Shown here: positions 48,960 to 58,804 of the stretch, piece after piece
Position numbering within the stretch: the first letter of the stretch is position 1
How the letters are laid out: each line of letters begins with the position of its first letter
Assembly: GCA_963677895.2 (NCBI GenBank)
Contig: CAXXGJ010000025.1
Location: forward strand, 288,001-352,000
Length of the DNA stretch: 64,000 bases
Reading direction: 5' to 3'
From: Treponemataceae bacterium
Lineage (GTDB): Bacteria; Spirochaetota; Spirochaetia; Treponematales; Rectinemataceae
Position numbers and translations under genes: made by a program
The notes under the pieces: generated by a model
What the model saw: only the letters and a program-made list of their open reading frames with translations
What the model was told of the DNA's origin: nothing
The model's database searches: none

Positions 48960-49963
48960 TGCGCATCTCCTTGGCGCGCTGAGCTTTTCATGCCCGCGGG
49001 ACGCGTCGCCATAGCCATCTCCCTCGCGCGGTCCGGCGTGGGAAGCGAAGGCAGGAGCTCGGCCTTCTGCAAGCCGAGAATATCGGTCAGGCCACGAAGC
49101 TCGGCAAGTTTTTCAGGAAGCACCTGCGTGCTCGCCGAACCGAGGATTCGTTCGAGTCTTTCGATGTATTGATCCGCGAGGCGCAGCGTCATCGCCGACT
49201 TGCCCCCGGGCGAGGAAAGCGCCTTGGCGATGAGCCCCAGCCCCTCGGCGGTCGCGTCGCTCACTATCTTGATCGCGCTAGCCTTGCCGTCCGCCTTATT
49301 GATCGTACGCGTCCTCTCGCCGAGCGAAATGTTGATCGCTTCCTCTCGTTCGCCTTTGGAGACATTGATGCGGCTCTCCTTCACGCCCTCGCTGGCGAGA
49401 ATCTCGGCCCGTTTTTCCCGCTCGGCTCGCATCTGCCTTTCCATGGCTTCCGTGATGACCTCGCTCGGCGTGATGGAACGGACTTCATAGCGCGTAACCT
49501 TGATGCCCCAGGGATCGGTCGCCTCGTCCACGGCCTTCACGATATTGTCATTGATGACCTCTCGCTCGGCGAAGCTCTTGTCGAGCTCGATCTTGCCGAT
49601 CTCGGAGCGCATCGTCGTCTTGGCGAGCTGAACGGTGGCGAAGCGGTAATCGTCGATGCCGTAGCTCGCGAGGACGGGATCGAAAATCTTGTAGTACAGG
49701 ATGCCGTCGACCGTTACCTGGACGTTGTCCGACGTGATGCATACCTGCGGCTCCACGTCGATCACGTCCTCCTTGAGCTGATGTCTGTAGGCAACCCGCT
49801 CCACGAAGGGTATGCGGAGATGAAGCCCCGAGCCGAGGGTCTTCCGGTACTTGCCGAGCATCTCCACGACATAGGCTTTCTGCTCGGGCACAATGATGAT
49901 GAAACGGAAGAGCGCCAGGATCGCCGCCAAGGCAAGGGCATAGGCGAGAATGATACCAACCAT
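48956..49963 (-). CDS. SPFH/band-7 protein (paraslipin/QmcA-like), copy 1
   Basis: N-terminal TM, CITSDNV, WGIKVTRYEV, QMRAEREKRA; TGATG overlap with the nfeD-like gene. Confidence 0.9.
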   Translation of the reverse strand: MVGIILAYALALAAILALFRFIIIVPEQKAYVVEMLGKYRKTLGSGLHLRIPFVERVAYRHQLKEDVIDVEPQVCITSDNVQVTVDGILYYKIFDPVLASYGIDDYRFATVQLAKTTMRSEIGKIELDKSFAEREVINDNIVKAVDEATDPWGIKVTRYEVRSITPSEVITEAMERQMRAEREKRAEILASEGVKESRINVSKGEREEAINISLGERTRTINKADGKASAIKIVSDATAEGLGLIAKALSSPGGKSAMTLRLADQYIERLERILGSASTQVLPEKLAELRGLTDILGLQKAELLPSLPTPDRAREMAMATRPAGMKSSARQGDAQ

Positions 49964-50484
49964 CACCGATCCTCCTTGAGGTCCGCCGCGTTCGCGGAAT
50001 CCTTGTCAGGCAATCGCCGCCCATCCTCGTCCGGATCGAGGAAGTCCTTGGTCACGACGAGGCTCAAGCCTTCACGCGAGACGACTCTCACGGTCCGCCC
50101 CGGCTCGAGCGTCTCGAGGTAGGAGACGGCCTTCCAACTTGTCCCATGGAAGCGAACGCGCCCCGGGGAATCGGGGCCGATCCGCTCCGTCACCTCGGCC
50201 GCCTCGCCGGAAAGAGACTCGATCTCCTCTCCTTCGCGATAAAATGCCGTGCCCTTCAGGAGCCGCTTGAAACGCTTGCGGAGGAAGATTAAGGACATAA
50301 GGCTTGAAGCTGTCCAGAAAAGAGCCTGGATCGCTGGGCTAGAGGCAAAAGGAGGCAGGACGCAGAGTATGGAGGTCGCGATGGCTCCCAATCCGAAAAA
50401 GATAATGGCGATGCCGGGGATGAAGGTTTCGGCGCCAACGAGGGCAAGGCCGAGGAGAGCCCACCAAAACCAGGGACCAAACAT
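49963..50484 (-). CDS. NfeD-like (YbbJ-type) membrane protein
   Basis: Three TM segments, then OB-fold GRVRFHGTSWKA; GGAGG SD; upstream of SPFH genes. Confidence 0.85.
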   Translation of the reverse strand: MFGPWFWWALLGLALVGAETFIPGIAIIFFGLGAIATSILCVLPPFASSPAIQALFWTASSLMSLIFLRKRFKRLLKGTAFYREGEEIESLSGEAAEVTERIGPDSPGRVRFHGTSWKAVSYLETLEPGRTVRVVSREGLSLVVTKDFLDPDEDGRRLPDKDSANAADLKEDR

Positions 50485-50543
50485 AGACGAATGCCTCCAA
50501 AACCGCAAAAAGCCCGCGCTTATTCGGCGCATCCAGTAATCAC

Positions 50544-50572
50544 AAGATACGCGCAGCTGCCCCGCCGGTCAA
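50544..50572 (-). promoter_or_regulatory. putative promoter for the nfeD-SPFH operon
   Basis: TTGACC-17 nt-TATCTT. Confidence 0.55.
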
Positions 50573-50610
50573 GTTGCCCGACATCATCCGGCCTTTCGAT
50601 ACGGCCTCCC

Positions 50611-50639
50611 TTGACCGGGAAGCCGGGGCCCCTTACGCT
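50611..50639 (+). promoter_or_regulatory. putative leaderless promoter of SDR-DUF819
   Basis: TTGACC-17 nt-TACGCT, then 6 nt and ATG 50646. Confidence 0.55.
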
Positions 50640-50645
50640 TCCGGA

Positions 50646-51449
50646 ATGAAGGCATACCCTCTCCTCGGCAAAGTACTATGGATCACGGGGGCTTCCTCGG
50701 GAATCGGCGAGGCCATGGCGCTGGAGGCGGCAAAGCGCGGCGCACTCCTCATCCTGTCGGGGCGCGGCGAAAAAGCGCTCGAGGCGGTTGCCGCCGCCTG
50801 TCCTTCCGGCTCGACCGCCGTGCTGGCCTTCGACCTGGCCGACAAGGCGCGGCGCCGGGAAGCCGCGGCCAAAGCGACCGATTTTTTCGGCCGCGTCGAC
50901 TGCCTTGTCCTCAACGCTGGCGTCAGCCAACGTTCCCGTTTCGAGAGCAGCTCCACCGAAGTCTTCGACCTGATCATGGAGACCAATTTCGCGGCATCCG
51001 TCGATCTGACCCGGATTTTGCTCCCCGAAATGGCGAAAAGGAATTCGGGATGCGTCGTCTGCGTCTCGAGCGTGGCCGGCCTCATGGGCGCGCCATGGCG
51101 CACGGCTTATTCAGCCTCGAAACACGCGCTCGGCGGATTTTTCGCTTCGCTGAGGGCCGAACTTCAAGGAAAAAAGATCCAGATCACCATGGTATTCCCC
51201 GGATTCGTGCGCACCAATATTTCCGTCAACGCCCTGGAGGGCGACGGCGGCAAGCACGGCATCCTCGATCCCCTGCAGAAGAACGGCCAGGATCCCGCGG
51301 TTACCGCCCGCGTCATCCTCGACGGAATCGAAGGCGGAAGAGCGGAGATCAAGGTTGCCTTCGACGCCAAAGCCAGGCTCGGCCTTTTTCTTTCCCGGCA
51401 CTTCCCCGCCCTTTTCGCGAAAACCATAGCCCGACAGGGCGGGCTCTAA
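50646..51449 (+). CDS. short-chain dehydrogenase/reductase (DHRS7-like)
   Basis: WITGASSGIG, LNAGVSQR, SSVAG, YSASK, PGFVRT. Confidence 0.9.
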   Translation: MKAYPLLGKVLWITGASSGIGEAMALEAAKRGALLILSGRGEKALEAVAAACPSGSTAVLAFDLADKARRREAAAKATDFFGRVDCLVLNAGVSQRSRFESSSTEVFDLIMETNFAASVDLTRILLPEMAKRNSGCVVCVSSVAGLMGAPWRTAYSASKHALGGFFASLRAELQGKKIQITMVFPGFVRTNISVNALEGDGGKHGILDPLQKNGQDPAVTARVILDGIEGGRAEIKVAFDAKARLGLFLSRHFPALFAKTIARQGGL

Positions 51450-51463
51450 AGCAGGAGACAGTC

Positions 51464-52612
51464 ATGACCTCCATCCTCATCGTTTTCTTCATACTTCTCT
51501 TTCCCGCCCTGGCTCTTTTCGCCAAGGCAAGAGTCCCTCTTTTCGCCGGGTGGAGCATCCTCATCGTCTGCTACCTCACCGGCCTGATCCTGGGGAATTC
51601 GGGAATGCTTCCCGAATCGGCCGCGGGACTTCTCGACACCGTATCCACGGTGGCGGTTATCGTCTCGATCCCCCTCCTCCTCTATTCCGTCGACATAAAA
51701 CAATGGAGAGCGCTTTCCGGAAAAGCCATTCTGGCCTTCGTCCTGGCCGGTTTTTCCATTGTCGTCGTATCCGCCGCCGTCCACTTCCTCTACGGATCGC
51801 GCGCGACCGAATCATGGAAGATCGCGGGCATGCTCGTCGGACTCTACACGGGAGGCACGCCGAACCTGGCCGCGATAAAAACGGCGCTTGACGTGGACAG
51901 GAATGTGTATATCGCCGTGCATACGTCGGATATGGTGATGTCGGCGCTCTATATTCTGGCCGTGATGACGGTGGCCAAGCCAATCTTCTCGAAAATCATG
52001 CCCGTGATAGACTGGAATTCCGACGCGGTATCGGCCGAAGGCATCGGAGCCGAAGCCCGTCTGGAGGATTTTTTCGCCAGGCCGGTGCGGTACAGGCTGC
52101 TCGGAGCCCTTGGGCTGACCGTCGCCATCGTGGGTCTTTCGCTTGGGCTTTCGCTTCTCTTCCCCTCCGATTTCCAGACGATGATCGTGATTCTCGCCGT
52201 GACGAGCGCGGCCCTGGCGGCTTCCCTCATCCCTCGGGTGCGTTCGATTCCCATGACATTCCAGGCGGGCGAATATTTTCTTTACGTTTTCTGCATCGCC
52301 GTGGGAGCGATGGGCGATTTCAAGACGCTGCTTTCGGGAGCGCCCACCTATCTCATCTACGTAACGTTATGTCTCTTCGGCGCCTTCCTGCTTCATGCTC
52401 TTCTATGCGCCATTTTCAGGATCGACGTCGATACGATGCTCATCGTTTCCACGTCCGCGATCTGCTCGCCTCCCTTCGTGGGAGTGGTAGCGGTAGCGCT
52501 CAAGGCGAGAAAATTGATTGTGCCCGGCATAACGACAGGCATCATCGGATACGCCGTGGGCAATTATCTCGGCGTCGCGCTCGCCGAACTGCTCCACTCC
52601 TTGGGCGGCTGA
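51464..52612 (+). CDS. DUF819 family membrane protein
   Basis: AGGAG SD; about 11 TM segments; GLYTGGTPN, ICSPPFV, GIIGYAVGNYLG motifs. Confidence 0.75.
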   Translation: MTSILIVFFILLFPALALFAKARVPLFAGWSILIVCYLTGLILGNSGMLPESAAGLLDTVSTVAVIVSIPLLLYSVDIKQWRALSGKAILAFVLAGFSIVVVSAAVHFLYGSRATESWKIAGMLVGLYTGGTPNLAAIKTALDVDRNVYIAVHTSDMVMSALYILAVMTVAKPIFSKIMPVIDWNSDAVSAEGIGAEARLEDFFARPVRYRLLGALGLTVAIVGLSLGLSLLFPSDFQTMIVILAVTSAALAASLIPRVRSIPMTFQAGEYFLYVFCIAVGAMGDFKTLLSGAPTYLIYVTLCLFGAFLLHALLCAIFRIDVDTMLIVSTSAICSPPFVGVVAVALKARKLIVPGITTGIIGYAVGNYLGVALAELLHSLGG

Positions 52613-53844
52613 GCCGCCATTTCGGCGAAAGCTTCGCCCGCGGCCTCGAGCGTCATTTCGATGTCGCGTTCGGTGTGGGCGAGCGAGATGAACCAATTGT
52701 GGTGAGGATGCATGAAGACGCCGCGATCGGCCATCGCCGCGCAAAACCGCTGGTTCAGGTAGAGATCGGGATCCTCGTCAAAGGTGAGGTAGGGAATGGC
52801 GAGGGGGCCCGAGACGCGGGCGCCGAAACCGGCGGATCTGCCCAGGCTTTCGAGGCCTTCCTTGAGCGAGGCTCCCAGTTTTTCCAGCCGCGGGACGCCG
52901 CCCATCCTCTCCATTTCGTCCATGGCGGCCATGGCGGCTATCATGGGCCCCGCCGACATCCAGTATGTGCCGGTGATGAAAAAGCCCGAAGCGGCCTTGG
53001 CTAGATCCTTGCCGCCCAGAAGGACAGAGAGGGGATAGCCGTTCGCCATCGCCTTTCCCATCGTCACCATATGGGGATGGGCGCCGAAGCGGACATGGCT
53101 GCCCCTCGCGTCCAGCCGGAAATTAGCTCGTATGTCGTCCATGATGAAAAGGGCGCCCTCGGACGCGCAGAGCCGCTCCACGGCGGGGAAGAATTCTGGC
53201 GAAGGCAGCTGCTGAGGCTTGAACGTCGGATGGTGGTAAGGCGTCAGGATGACCGTGGCGATCTTCCCTCTGTAACGCGCAAAAAGCTCTTCCAGGCCGG
53301 CGATATCGTTGTAGTCGAAAAAAGCGACGTTTCGCTGTTCCTCCTCGGCGAAGACGGGGAAAACGTTGCTCGAACACCAATTGGCCGCTCCGTGGTAGGC
53401 TCCTTCGGCCGCGATGACAATCTGCTTGCCCGTTTCCGCCCTGGCGAGGGAGACGGCGAGCGTCGTCATGTCGGTGCCGTTCTTCGAGAATACGGCCCAA
53501 TCCATGCCCGCGACCGTGGCGACGAGACGTTCGGCCAGTTCCACCATGACGGGATGAGGCTGATTCAGCAAGTCTCCTCGGGCTATCTGGGCAAGCGCGG
53601 GACCGTCCACCCGCGGGTTGCCGTAGCCCACGATCTGGCTTCCATAACCGCAGAGATAATCAATGAATTCATTGCCGTCGATATCCCTGATCCGGCAGCC
53701 CGACGCGCCCTCGAGATAATACGGGAAATGGCCGGGAACGAGAAATCCGGGGCTCTTGGAGCCATAGATTCCGCCGGGAATGACGCGGGAAGCGCGTTCG
53801 AAGTAGGCGAGCGAGTTCTTGAATTTTCCTGACGAAGCGTTCAT
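52564..53844 (-). CDS. class-III PLP aminotransferase (HemL-like fold, FumI-like subfamily)
   Basis: RVIPGG, DIDGNEFIDY, FSKNGTD, AYHG, DDIRANFR, GKAMANGYP (PLP lysine), HPHHNWFIS. Confidence 0.85.
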   Translation of the reverse strand: MNASSGKFKNSLAYFERASRVIPGGIYGSKSPGFLVPGHFPYYLEGASGCRIRDIDGNEFIDYLCGYGSQIVGYGNPRVDGPALAQIARGDLLNQPHPVMVELAERLVATVAGMDWAVFSKNGTDMTTLAVSLARAETGKQIVIAAEGAYHGAANWCSSNVFPVFAEEEQRNVAFFDYNDIAGLEELFARYRGKIATVILTPYHHPTFKPQQLPSPEFFPAVERLCASEGALFIMDDIRANFRLDARGSHVRFGAHPHMVTMGKAMANGYPLSVLLGGKDLAKAASGFFITGTYWMSAGPMIAAMAAMDEMERMGGVPRLEKLGASLKEGLESLGRSAGFGARVSGPLAIPYLTFDEDPDLYLNQRFCAAMADRGVFMHPHHNWFISLAHTERDIEMTLEAAGEAFAEMAAQPPKEWSSSASATPR

Positions 53845-54689
53845 TTTTCTTCCTTCCGAACAGGGATGGCCAGATACCAGGACAACCTGTCCAGCACGGC
53901 GAACAGCCCCTGGACGAGAGGAAGGAGGCCGGCGACGGCTACCTCTCCCGCGCCGAGGGCGACGACAGCCTGGCGTTTGCCCGACAGGACGGTGACGGCC
54001 GCTTCGGGGCTGGAGAACGCGAGGACGGCGTCGTCGCTCGGCGCTTTTCCGCTCGGCCTTGTCGCGCTCGGCGCTTTTCCGCTCGGACCTTCGGCGAGCA
54101 CCGCGATCGTCCGGCCTTTCTTTTCAAGCCTGAAGATGGCGCTTCCGGCTTCGATCCTGACTATTCCATCGGGAAAATGACGCATGCGTTTTTCGAGATA
54201 AGGATCGCCCGCGACGGCGGCGAGGCCATGGGCGGTAGCCGCGAGGAGCAGCCTGGCTTTCGCCTGAGGCGTCGTATCGGCGGAACGGAGCAGCTCGGGA
54301 GCCCGGCCCGCGGCTGCCTTGAAAAAACGCAGCGCCCGGAAAAAACCCGGACCGAAGGGCAGCGGAAGTATCATGCCCCGGCCGCCGGCGAGAGCGCGCG
54401 AACAGGAGCGGGCATCCGGAAAAACCAACATGCCGCCGGGCGCGGTCCAGCCCCCCTCCGGCGGTCTTCCGCCGAATCCAGCGGTGACGCGGCCGCCTGC
54501 GCAGATCAACCATGCTTTTTCACCGATGCCAGGAACCGCGAGCGACAAGCTGAAAGACGCCTCGCACAGTTCAGCCAGCCCTTTATCCATCGCGGCGGCC
54601 TCGGCCACGAGATGGGCGGTCACGGAAAGCCTGATTCTGGCGAGCGTTGACGCTTCTTCGCGCGACAGCGATTCGATGCTGATTTTCAT
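53841..54689 (-). CDS. hypothetical protein, probable tandem SCP2 lipid-binding fold
   Basis: C-terminal AVLAFSSPEAAVTVLSGKRQAVVALGAGEVAVAG matches the SCP2 pattern; ATGA overlap with the aminotransferase. Confidence 0.55.
   Translation of the reverse strand: MKISIESLSREEASTLARIRLSVTAHLVAEAAAMDKGLAELCEASFSLSLAVPGIGEKAWLICAGGRVTAGFGGRPPEGGWTAPGGMLVFPDARSCSRALAGGRGMILPLPFGPGFFRALRFFKAAAGRAPELLRSADTTPQAKARLLLAATAHGLAAVAGDPYLEKRMRHFPDGIVRIEAGSAIFRLEKKGRTIAVLAEGPSGKAPSATRPSGKAPSDDAVLAFSSPEAAVTVLSGKRQAVVALGAGEVAVAGLLPLVQGLFAVLDRLSWYLAIPVRKEEK
54035..54086. repeat. in-frame tandem duplication, 30-bp period
   Basis: CGCTCGGCGCTTTTCCGCTCGG at 54035-54056 and 54065-54086, giving PSGKAPS twice. Confidence 0.85.
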
Positions 54690-54814
54690 TGACTTCCTCA
54701 CCTCCAGCGATGATAGCTGATCCCCTGCCTGAACGGAAGAGCCGGCGGATCCCGATATATACCCGATCTTCCCGCCGGCGCATTATCAGGCTATAGTAAC
54801 GAAGGGAGTATGCA

Positions 54815-56146
54815 ATGCCAGATTTCACCATCGAGACGCTGGGAAACTGTTCGCTCGATTCGCCCATCGGATTGTCGACGACCATGGGCGATGGGGTTCC
54901 CAACTTCGTTTCCGAAAACCGGCTCATCCGTTACAGAATAGACGCGATGCCAGGCGATCAGCCCCCTGTCGAGAGGAAGGACCTCCTCGAGGTTGCCGGA
55001 CCAAGACAGAAAATCTATTTCAGCCCTTCCCATGTCCATGCGGGCATCATCACCTGCGGAGGCCTTTGTCCAGGGCTCAACGATGTCATAAGGGCCATCG
55101 TCCGCAGCCTCTGGTACCTCTACGGAGTGCGCCGCGTCACCGGCATCCGCTACGGCTACAAGGGCCTGCTCCCCGACTACGGCTACGACGTCGTCCACCT
55201 CAGCCCGGAAGTCGTGGATGACATCCATAAAATCGGGGGAACCCTGCTCGGCACTTCGCGCGGCGGCGGGGAACGCACTTCGGAAATCGTCGATACGATC
55301 GAACAGCTGAACCTGAATATCCTTTTCGCCATAGGCGGCGACGGCACGCAGAAGGGAGCCCTCGCCATAGCCAAAGAAATCGAAAAACGCCACCTCAAGA
55401 TCGCCATAGTAGGAATCCCGAAGACGGTGGACAACGACATCGAGTTCGTCGAAAAAACCTTCGGGTTCGATACGGCCGTGGTCAAGGCATCGGAAGCGGT
55501 AGCGGCCGCCCATATGGAAGCCCATTCCCAGATCAACGGCATCGGCCTCGTCAGGCTCATGGGACGCGATTCCGGATTCATAGCGGTGCATACCGTGCTT
55601 GCCGTCCACGAAGCCAATTTCGTCCTCATACCTGAAGTTCCTTTCGATCTGAAAGGAACTTCAGGGCTCCTCGCCGCCATCGAACGAAGACTCGCGAGGC
55701 GAGGCCATGCCGTCATCGTCGTGGCCGAAGGAGCGGGCCAGGAACTTTTCGCCGGGCAGACCGGCGCCGACGCTTCCGGAAACAAGAAGTTATGCGATAT
55801 TGGACTTCTCCTCAAGGAAAAGATCCAGGAATATTTCGACGCGAGGAAAATGGAAATAAACCTCAAATACATAGACCCCAGCTATATGATCCGCGCCGCG
55901 ACCGCCGAACCCATAGACTCCATGTACTGCGAGCGGCTCGGCAACAACGCCGTCCATGCCGCCTTGGCGGGAAAGACGAAGCTCATCATCGGCCTCGTCA
56001 ACAATGAGTTCGTACACATCCCCATGGAGGAGGCGATTTCCAGGCGGAAGCTCGTCGATCCCGAAGGCAGCCTATGGAGGGACGCGGTGGAAGCGACGCA
56101 ACAGCCCCTCAGCCTGAAAAACCAGGACGCGGGACAACAGCCATGA
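54815..56146 (+). CDS. pfkA: ATP-dependent 6-phosphofructokinase, group X (PPi-PFK-derived clade)
   Basis: [25 protein letters not shown] (Gly = ATP type), [22 protein letters not shown]. Confidence 0.9.
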   Translation: MPDFTIETLGNCSLDSPIGLSTTMGDGVPNFVSENRLIRYRIDAMPGDQPPVERKDLLEVAGPRQKIYFSPSHVHAGIITCGGLCPGLNDVIRAIVRSLWYLYGVRRVTGIRYGYKGLLPDYGYDVVHLSPEVVDDIHKIGGTLLGTSRGGGERTSEIVDTIEQLNLNILFAIGGDGTQKGALAIAKEIEKRHLKIAIVGIPKTVDNDIEFVEKTFGFDTAVVKASEAVAAAHMEAHSQINGIGLVRLMGRDSGFIAVHTVLAVHEANFVLIPEVPFDLKGTSGLLAAIERRLARRGHAVIVVAEGAGQELFAGQTGADASGNKKLCDIGLLLKEKIQEYFDARKMEINLKYIDPSYMIRAATAEPIDSMYCERLGNNAVHAALAGKTKLIIGLVNNEFVHIPMEEAISRRKLVDPEGSLWRDAVEATQQPLSLKNQDAGQQP

Positions 56147-58053
56147 AAAAACCGACTCCGACGCGGAAACTGGCCGGAGCCGCCGCAAAAAAAGCGATTG
56201 TCGTCGGCGCTGGCCTTTCCGGGCTGACCGCCGCGGCCCTCCTCGCGGAGCGAGGGCTGGAGGTCACCGTCGTCGAACAGTGCGACAGACCGGGCGGCGC
56301 CGCTTCAGCCTTCCGCCGCGGAGACATCACCTTCGACATCGGCGCCGCCATGATGTTCGGTTTCGGCGAGCGGGGCTTCAATCCCCACAACTGGCTCATG
56401 ACCGAGCTGGGCGAGCCCATCGACATGTACAGGCACGAAGCCATGTACAGGCTTTTTTACGGCGACAGCCCCATAACCTTCCATGCCGACAGGGAACTCT
56501 TCATCCGCGAACTGGAAGGGCTGTTCCCTCGGGCGGGAGAGGAGATCAGGGCCTTCTACGACTACATAGGCGGCCTTTACGAAAAAGTCATAGCGCCGGT
56601 GAGCGTATTCGAGGCGCCCAACGACATGCCTCTCTCCGAAATGCGCCGGAACGCGAAAAACGGCCTCAAGGCCCAGCTCACCATGGTCGGGCTGCTTTTC
56701 CGGAACGCCGAATCCGTGATGCGGCCCTTCATTCACGATCCCCAGGCGAGGGCCTTCTTCGACAAACTAACCTCGACCTATTGCTACACGACGATCAGGG
56801 AGACGCCGGCCATCCTCGCCGCGACCATGTTCATAGACAACCATGTGGGCGGCGCCTATTATCCGGCCGGCTCGGCGATGGCCCTGAGCTCGCGCCTCGA
56901 AAAGGCGATCGAGGCGAGGGGCGGCCGCTTTCTCTACAGGACCAAGGCGAAAAAAGTCCTGGGCGAAGCCGGCGGGATCACGGGCATCGCGACGGAGAGC
57001 GGCGAGGAACTCAAGGCCGACCTCGTGCTTTTCGCGGGCTCTCTCAGGGCCTTCGCGGGGTCCATGGACCCCGACAATCTCCTTCCCCGGCGCTGGAAAG
57101 AAAAGATCCTGGGACTCGAGATGACCATGCCGAGCTTCGTCGTCTATGGCACGGTCAAAAAAGCGGCGCTGCCGGCGGACGCGATGCCCGTGCAGATGTT
57201 CGTCGACAACAGGGAAGCGCTCGACGAGGGCGACGTGACCCTCTACCTCCCCTCGCTCGAAGACCCCTCCCTCGCCCCGCCCGAGCTCTCCACCTTCCTC
57301 ATTATAGGCCCTTCGATGAGGACATGGCCCGAGCCCAAATCTCCCGACTACGGCGACAAGGCCTATGTACTGGCGAAAAAGGCCGAGGCTGACAGGATGC
57401 TCGCCCTCGTCGAGCGCCGAATGCCGGGTTTCATCGCGGGAATCGAGGGAAGAATCGAGGCAAGCCCCACGACGATCTGGCGATATCTGGGAAAAACCGG
57501 TGGCAGCGTCGCCGGACCCAAACAGAAAATGGGCCAGCACCTTCTCCTCCGCCAAGGCTCCCGCGGGCCGGTTCCGGGTCTCTACTTCGCCGGCGAGTCC
57601 ACCGTGATGGGCACGGGTACGCCGGCCGTGACCGTTTCGGGCATCTCTGCGGCCAACAGGATACTGCGCACGCTGGGACTCCAGGCCTTTTCGTCAGGCA
57701 AAAAGGCGTTCTCCTCGGTGCGGATCATCCCAAAAGGAAGCAGGGGCAACCTGCCTGTCGGCGAGGCAGCCGCGCTATCGTCGCGGTGCCGGTGGTGCGA
57801 AAAGGCGCCCTGCGCGGCCGCCTGCCCCGCCCGTTTCGACATTCCGGGCATCATGCGCAGGATGGAAGCGAACAACATCGTCGGAGCCGGCAGGCAGCTC
57901 GCCGGTCCCGCCGGAACCCGGACATTGGGGACAAGCTGCGCCGACTGCGCCGCCGATATAAAAAACAAGCCGCCTTGCGAGGCGGCCTGCATAAGGAGAA
58001 ATAGCGCGGAAGGACCAGTGTCGATTTCGCGTGTTATCGCGTCTTTGTCTTGA
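56143..58053 (+). CDS. phytoene-desaturase/CrtISO-like FAD oxidoreductase with C-terminal 8-Cys Fe-S domain
   Basis: GAGLSG Rossmann motif, [25 protein letters not shown]-terminal CRWC..C...CP and CADC..CEAAC; ATGA overlap with pfk. Confidence 0.8.
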   Translation: MKKPTPTRKLAGAAAKKAIVVGAGLSGLTAAALLAERGLEVTVVEQCDRPGGAASAFRRGDITFDIGAAMMFGFGERGFNPHNWLMTELGEPIDMYRHEAMYRLFYGDSPITFHADRELFIRELEGLFPRAGEEIRAFYDYIGGLYEKVIAPVSVFEAPNDMPLSEMRRNAKNGLKAQLTMVGLLFRNAESVMRPFIHDPQARAFFDKLTSTYCYTTIRETPAILAATMFIDNHVGGAYYPAGSAMALSSRLEKAIEARGGRFLYRTKAKKVLGEAGGITGIATESGEELKADLVLFAGSLRAFAGSMDPDNLLPRRWKEKILGLEMTMPSFVVYGTVKKAALPADAMPVQMFVDNREALDEGDVTLYLPSLEDPSLAPPELSTFLIIGPSMRTWPEPKSPDYGDKAYVLAKKAEADRMLALVERRMPGFIAGIEGRIEASPTTIWRYLGKTGGSVAGPKQKMGQHLLLRQGSRGPVPGLYFAGESTVMGTGTPAVTVSGISAANRILRTLGLQAFSSGKKAFSSVRIIPKGSRGNLPVGEAAALSSRCRWCEKAPCAAACPARFDIPGIMRRMEANNIVGAGRQLAGPAGTRTLGTSCADCAADIKNKPPCEAACIRRNSAEGPVSISRVIASLS

Positions 58054-58804
58054 GGCGAAGATAGACCTGTTTGCCTGAATCGGTGGGGCTCGCCCTCTCG
58101 TCGATCTCGAAGAGACCCGATGCCTTTATGAGGTCGCCCAGCTTCCTGAAACCATAGTTGCGGGGGTCGAATTCGGGTTGCCTGTTCGCGATATAGGTGC
58201 CGACGGCGCCGAGGTAAGCCCAGCCGAATTCGTCGGCCGCGTCCTCGACGGCGCTTTCCAGCAGGGCTTTCATCCTGCGGTCCGTCTTGATGTCGCTCTG
58301 GCTCTGGGTGCGGGACTGAGCGTCCTTTTCCTTCGTGGCTTCCTTTTCCCCTTCGTCCTCGCGCAGAATTTCGGTATAGATGAACTTGTCGCAGGCTGCC
58401 ACGAAGGGCTTGGGCGTCTTGCGCTGCCCGAAGCCGAGAACCAGTTTCCCGTCCTCCCTGAGCCTCGCCGCCAGCCGCGTGAAATCGGAGTCGCTCGACA
58501 CGACGCAGAATCCGTCCAGGCTCTCGGTATAGAGAAGATCCATGGCATCGATGATCATCGCGCTGTCCGTGGAATTCTTTCCCTGTGTGTAGGAAAACTG
58601 CTGCACGGGCTGGATGGCGAACTCGAGGAGCTTGTCCTTCCAGGAACGCAGGTTCGTGTTGGTCCAGTCGCCGTAGATTCTCTTGACGCTGGCCACGCCG
58701 TATTTGGCCACCTCGGCCAGAAGGCCTTCTATGATCTTGGCCTGTGTATTGTCCGCGTCTATGAGTACCGCCAGCTTAAGCTGGCTCTGTTCGCTTTTCA
58801 TCAT
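58034..58804 (-). CDS. NYN (LabA/DUF88) domain RNase with C-terminal OST-HTH/LOTUS domain
   Basis: LIDADN, YGDW, GKNSTD, DAMDLL, SSDSDF acidic motifs; FDPRNYGFRKL LOTUS motif. Confidence 0.9.
   Translation of the reverse strand: MMKSEQSQLKLAVLIDADNTQAKIIEGLLAEVAKYGVASVKRIYGDWTNTNLRSWKDKLLEFAIQPVQQFSYTQGKNSTDSAMIIDAMDLLYTESLDGFCVVSSDSDFTRLAARLREDGKLVLGFGQRKTPKPFVAACDKFIYTEILREDEGEKEATKEKDAQSRTQSQSDIKTDRRMKALLESAVEDAADEFGWAYLGAVGTYIANRQPEFDPRNYGFRKLGDLIKASGLFEIDERASPTDSGKQVYLRLKTKTR

Noticed and set aside
50678..51463. N-terminal extension making a 644-aa DUF819 ORF
   Set aside because: Overlaps the SDR gene out of frame; the true start is 51464 with an AGGAG SD
52564..53844. hemL (GSA aminomutase) call
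   Set aside because: HemL-specific motifs are replaced and no hem genes are adjacent
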